From positions 72,664,001 to 72,728,000 of the forward strand of contig CM097888.1 of assembly GCA_044892525.1 (NCBI GenBank): a DNA stretch of 64,000 nucleotides. Reading direction: 5' to 3'. This DNA comes from Schmidtea polychroa. Lineage: Eukaryota. A program made the position numbers and the translations under genes. Below the pieces are notes generated by a model. That model worked only from the letters and a program-made list of their open reading frames with translations, made no database searches and had not been told where the DNA came from. This document shows positions 62,001-64,000 of this stretch, in pieces (the first letter of the stretch is position 1; each line of letters opens with the position of its first letter).

Positions 62001-63820
62001 TGATTAATTATTATTATTATTATTAATATTAATATTGTAATTCATTGAGTTTAATATACTTTCAACAGTAGCTACAAAAGCAATACGTGGGAGTCAATAC
62101 TTTTTAATCTTGAAGCCTACAAAAATTTATTTTACTAACTGTCAAGTGACAAAGTGACGAAGTTTTTTTATAAATATTGATAAATATACTTCAATTGAAT
62201 TCGTTTCAAAATCCATTAAAGTAATGGTAATACAATGTATAATATATGAAATTTATAAACCTCGTAGTCTATAAAATTTAGATTTAAATACTTTATCTCA
62301 ATATCTCAATAATTTTTTTACGGTTAATTTCTAATTATATCAATTTATTTTTTATCAATCGGAATCGTTTTTACTAAATATCTATGTAGTAGATTGTTGT
62401 ATTTTTGACGTTATGATTATTTTTGACTATAACCAAATTAGGCTTCGTTTTCTTTTTCGAACATAAGCGTTCCCGTAGAGTTGGGGAAATTAGATTAAAA
62501 AAACTATATAGCGATAATTTACAATGGTAAATGACAAATTAAAATGACAAATTAAAAATGACAAATTAAAATGACAAATTAAAATTTGTCATTTTTAATT
62601 TGTCATTTTAATTTGTCATTTACCATTGTAAATTATCGCTATATAAAAATGACAAATTAAAATAAAATTGATAAAAAAAAATTTAAAAAATCTATAATTC
62701 CCTGACGCCGAAGCTAAAGATAATCGTGCGAAATAGACGTGGATATAAAAGAAAACCAAATCAAATTGACTCAATTTATTAACAAAATATTATCCAAAGA
62801 ATAAACCAAGTGTCAAAAGAAAACAGAAGCCAAATAAACTTTAACTATATTGTCAAGCAAATAAACTTAGAAACCAAAGAAAACAGAAATAAAGAAGTCG
62901 AAGAGATTCGAAACATTTATAACATCGATCTCTCCCTCAACAATATAAAGTGCGTATCTATTTTATTGTTTTTTTAATAGAAATTGTAATTTTAAAGTAT
63001 TGTTCTTTACACTCATTTGATTATTGTAATATTTTGTAACCTACATACATTCACCCCAGCTGTCCCGAGACAGTTTTGTTTACTGGTGACTCGGCTGGGC
63101 TCTTCAAATCTCTATTACAATCTATATTAATATAATATAAATATCAGCTAAAAATTCAACAGTTGTACGGATAATAAAATTGAAAACAATTTAAATTCTC
63201 ATTTAAAAGTAAAATTATAATAATAAATTTAAAAAGTAGAATAATAAGTCTAAATTTAAATTAGTGATTGATTGTAAAATCCATATTTTTAAATGTTTGA
63301 AATTAAAAAAAACAAAATATTTACTGAATGCTTGTGTATGAATATTCCTATACAATTGTTAAATCATACTTGCTAAAATATCATCAAAAATATTTAAATT
63401 AATTGTTAAAATAATTCAAAAACAAATATGGAAATCGAACAAGACATTTTTTGTTTAAAAAATAATTTTGTTTGTGATATAAATAAATTTTGCTATTATT
63501 GATGGATATTCTAAATTTAGGGAATCAATCACCCATCGTCACCCATCTGTTATTACAAGAGATTTTTTGTATATAATTTTGCAAACTATGGAACTATAAT
63601 CCAAAATAGAAGTCTTGCATATATTGTGTATCATACAACAAACGTGAAAATATTATAAAATACGCATGATAAATGAAATATGGTTTGAAATGATAAAATT
63701 GTAATTAATAAGTATGAATCTACCAGAAAAATAACGGCTGGTATCGGCGTCAAGTATTTGATACTGACCATCGCTAGAGATTCCGGCAAATGACCTTGCC
63801 CAGCTGCTGTGTATGTCAAT
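59096..63820 (-). CDS. Last four exons of an SLC7/LAT-type amino-acid transporter (minus strand)
   Basis: Exons are 63820-63724 (LTYTAAGQGHLPESLAMVSIKYLTPIPAVIFL), 61019-60870 (AALSVVF...LRIKCPNLPRNFK), 59381-59204 (LPIILPIMFL...LGIPIYIIFVVWKSKP) and 59157-59096 (SLTIYIQKTFLVVPEEKEK*). Phases are compatible and the exon boundaries match those of SLC7A5-type genes. Confidence 0.9.
62505..62645. repeat. 141-bp palindrome with perfect 63-bp arms built from AAATGACAAATT units
   Basis: 62505-62567 is the exact reverse complement of 62583-62645, with a 15-nt spacer. Confidence 0.95.
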
Positions 63821-64000
63821 CTAATAAAAATATCTATAATATATGAAATTTGTAAAATCTCAATTTGCACATTATTATAAGTTTATTTAATATACAAAAT
63901 TATCTATAAGTTAACATAAATTTATGTTGCGGAGGCTCTCTTTCTAACCATAGACCTACAGTATGGCAAATTTTAGGTCAATGATGTAATTGAATGACTT

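Noticed and set aside
63050-63110. Small GC-richer stem-loop (CCCAGC...GCTGGG)
   Set aside because: Short and imperfect, with no tRNA, snoRNA or ribozyme hallmarks.
1-64000. rRNA or tRNA genes, and alternative genetic code
   Set aside because: None recognised. Reconstructed host genes read through without in-frame TAA/TAG/TGA and terminate on standard stops.

Overview
Very AT-rich eukaryotic, almost certainly animal, genomic DNA with two N-gaps (11870-12005, 17532-17688). The taxon cannot be assigned from sequence alone. Four host loci could be rebuilt by hand from splice sites and reading-frame phase. They are a PDZ-less HtrA2/Omi-like protease (5000-11651, -), a compact BRD10/KIAA2026-like bromodomain gene (31087-48103, +), a 97-aa secreted four-cysteine protein missed by the ORF track (52840-53232, -), and an SLC7/LAT-type amino-acid transporter whose consecutive exons lie on opposite strands (54809-55100 + and 59096-63820 -). 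Introns are either 43-71 bp or multi-kb and packed with transposons: Tigger/pogo, hAT, Tc1, Merlin, MULE-like, piggyBac-like, Gypsy, Penelope and R2-like. The left edge holds the end of a Polinton/adintovirus-like endogenous viral element. It has a double-jelly-roll capsid gene, a zinc finger-phospholipase A2(PLA2X)-integrase fusion ORF and a 228-bp inverted terminal structure with AGTAGT-type ends. All family assignments come from motif recognition; no database search was run.
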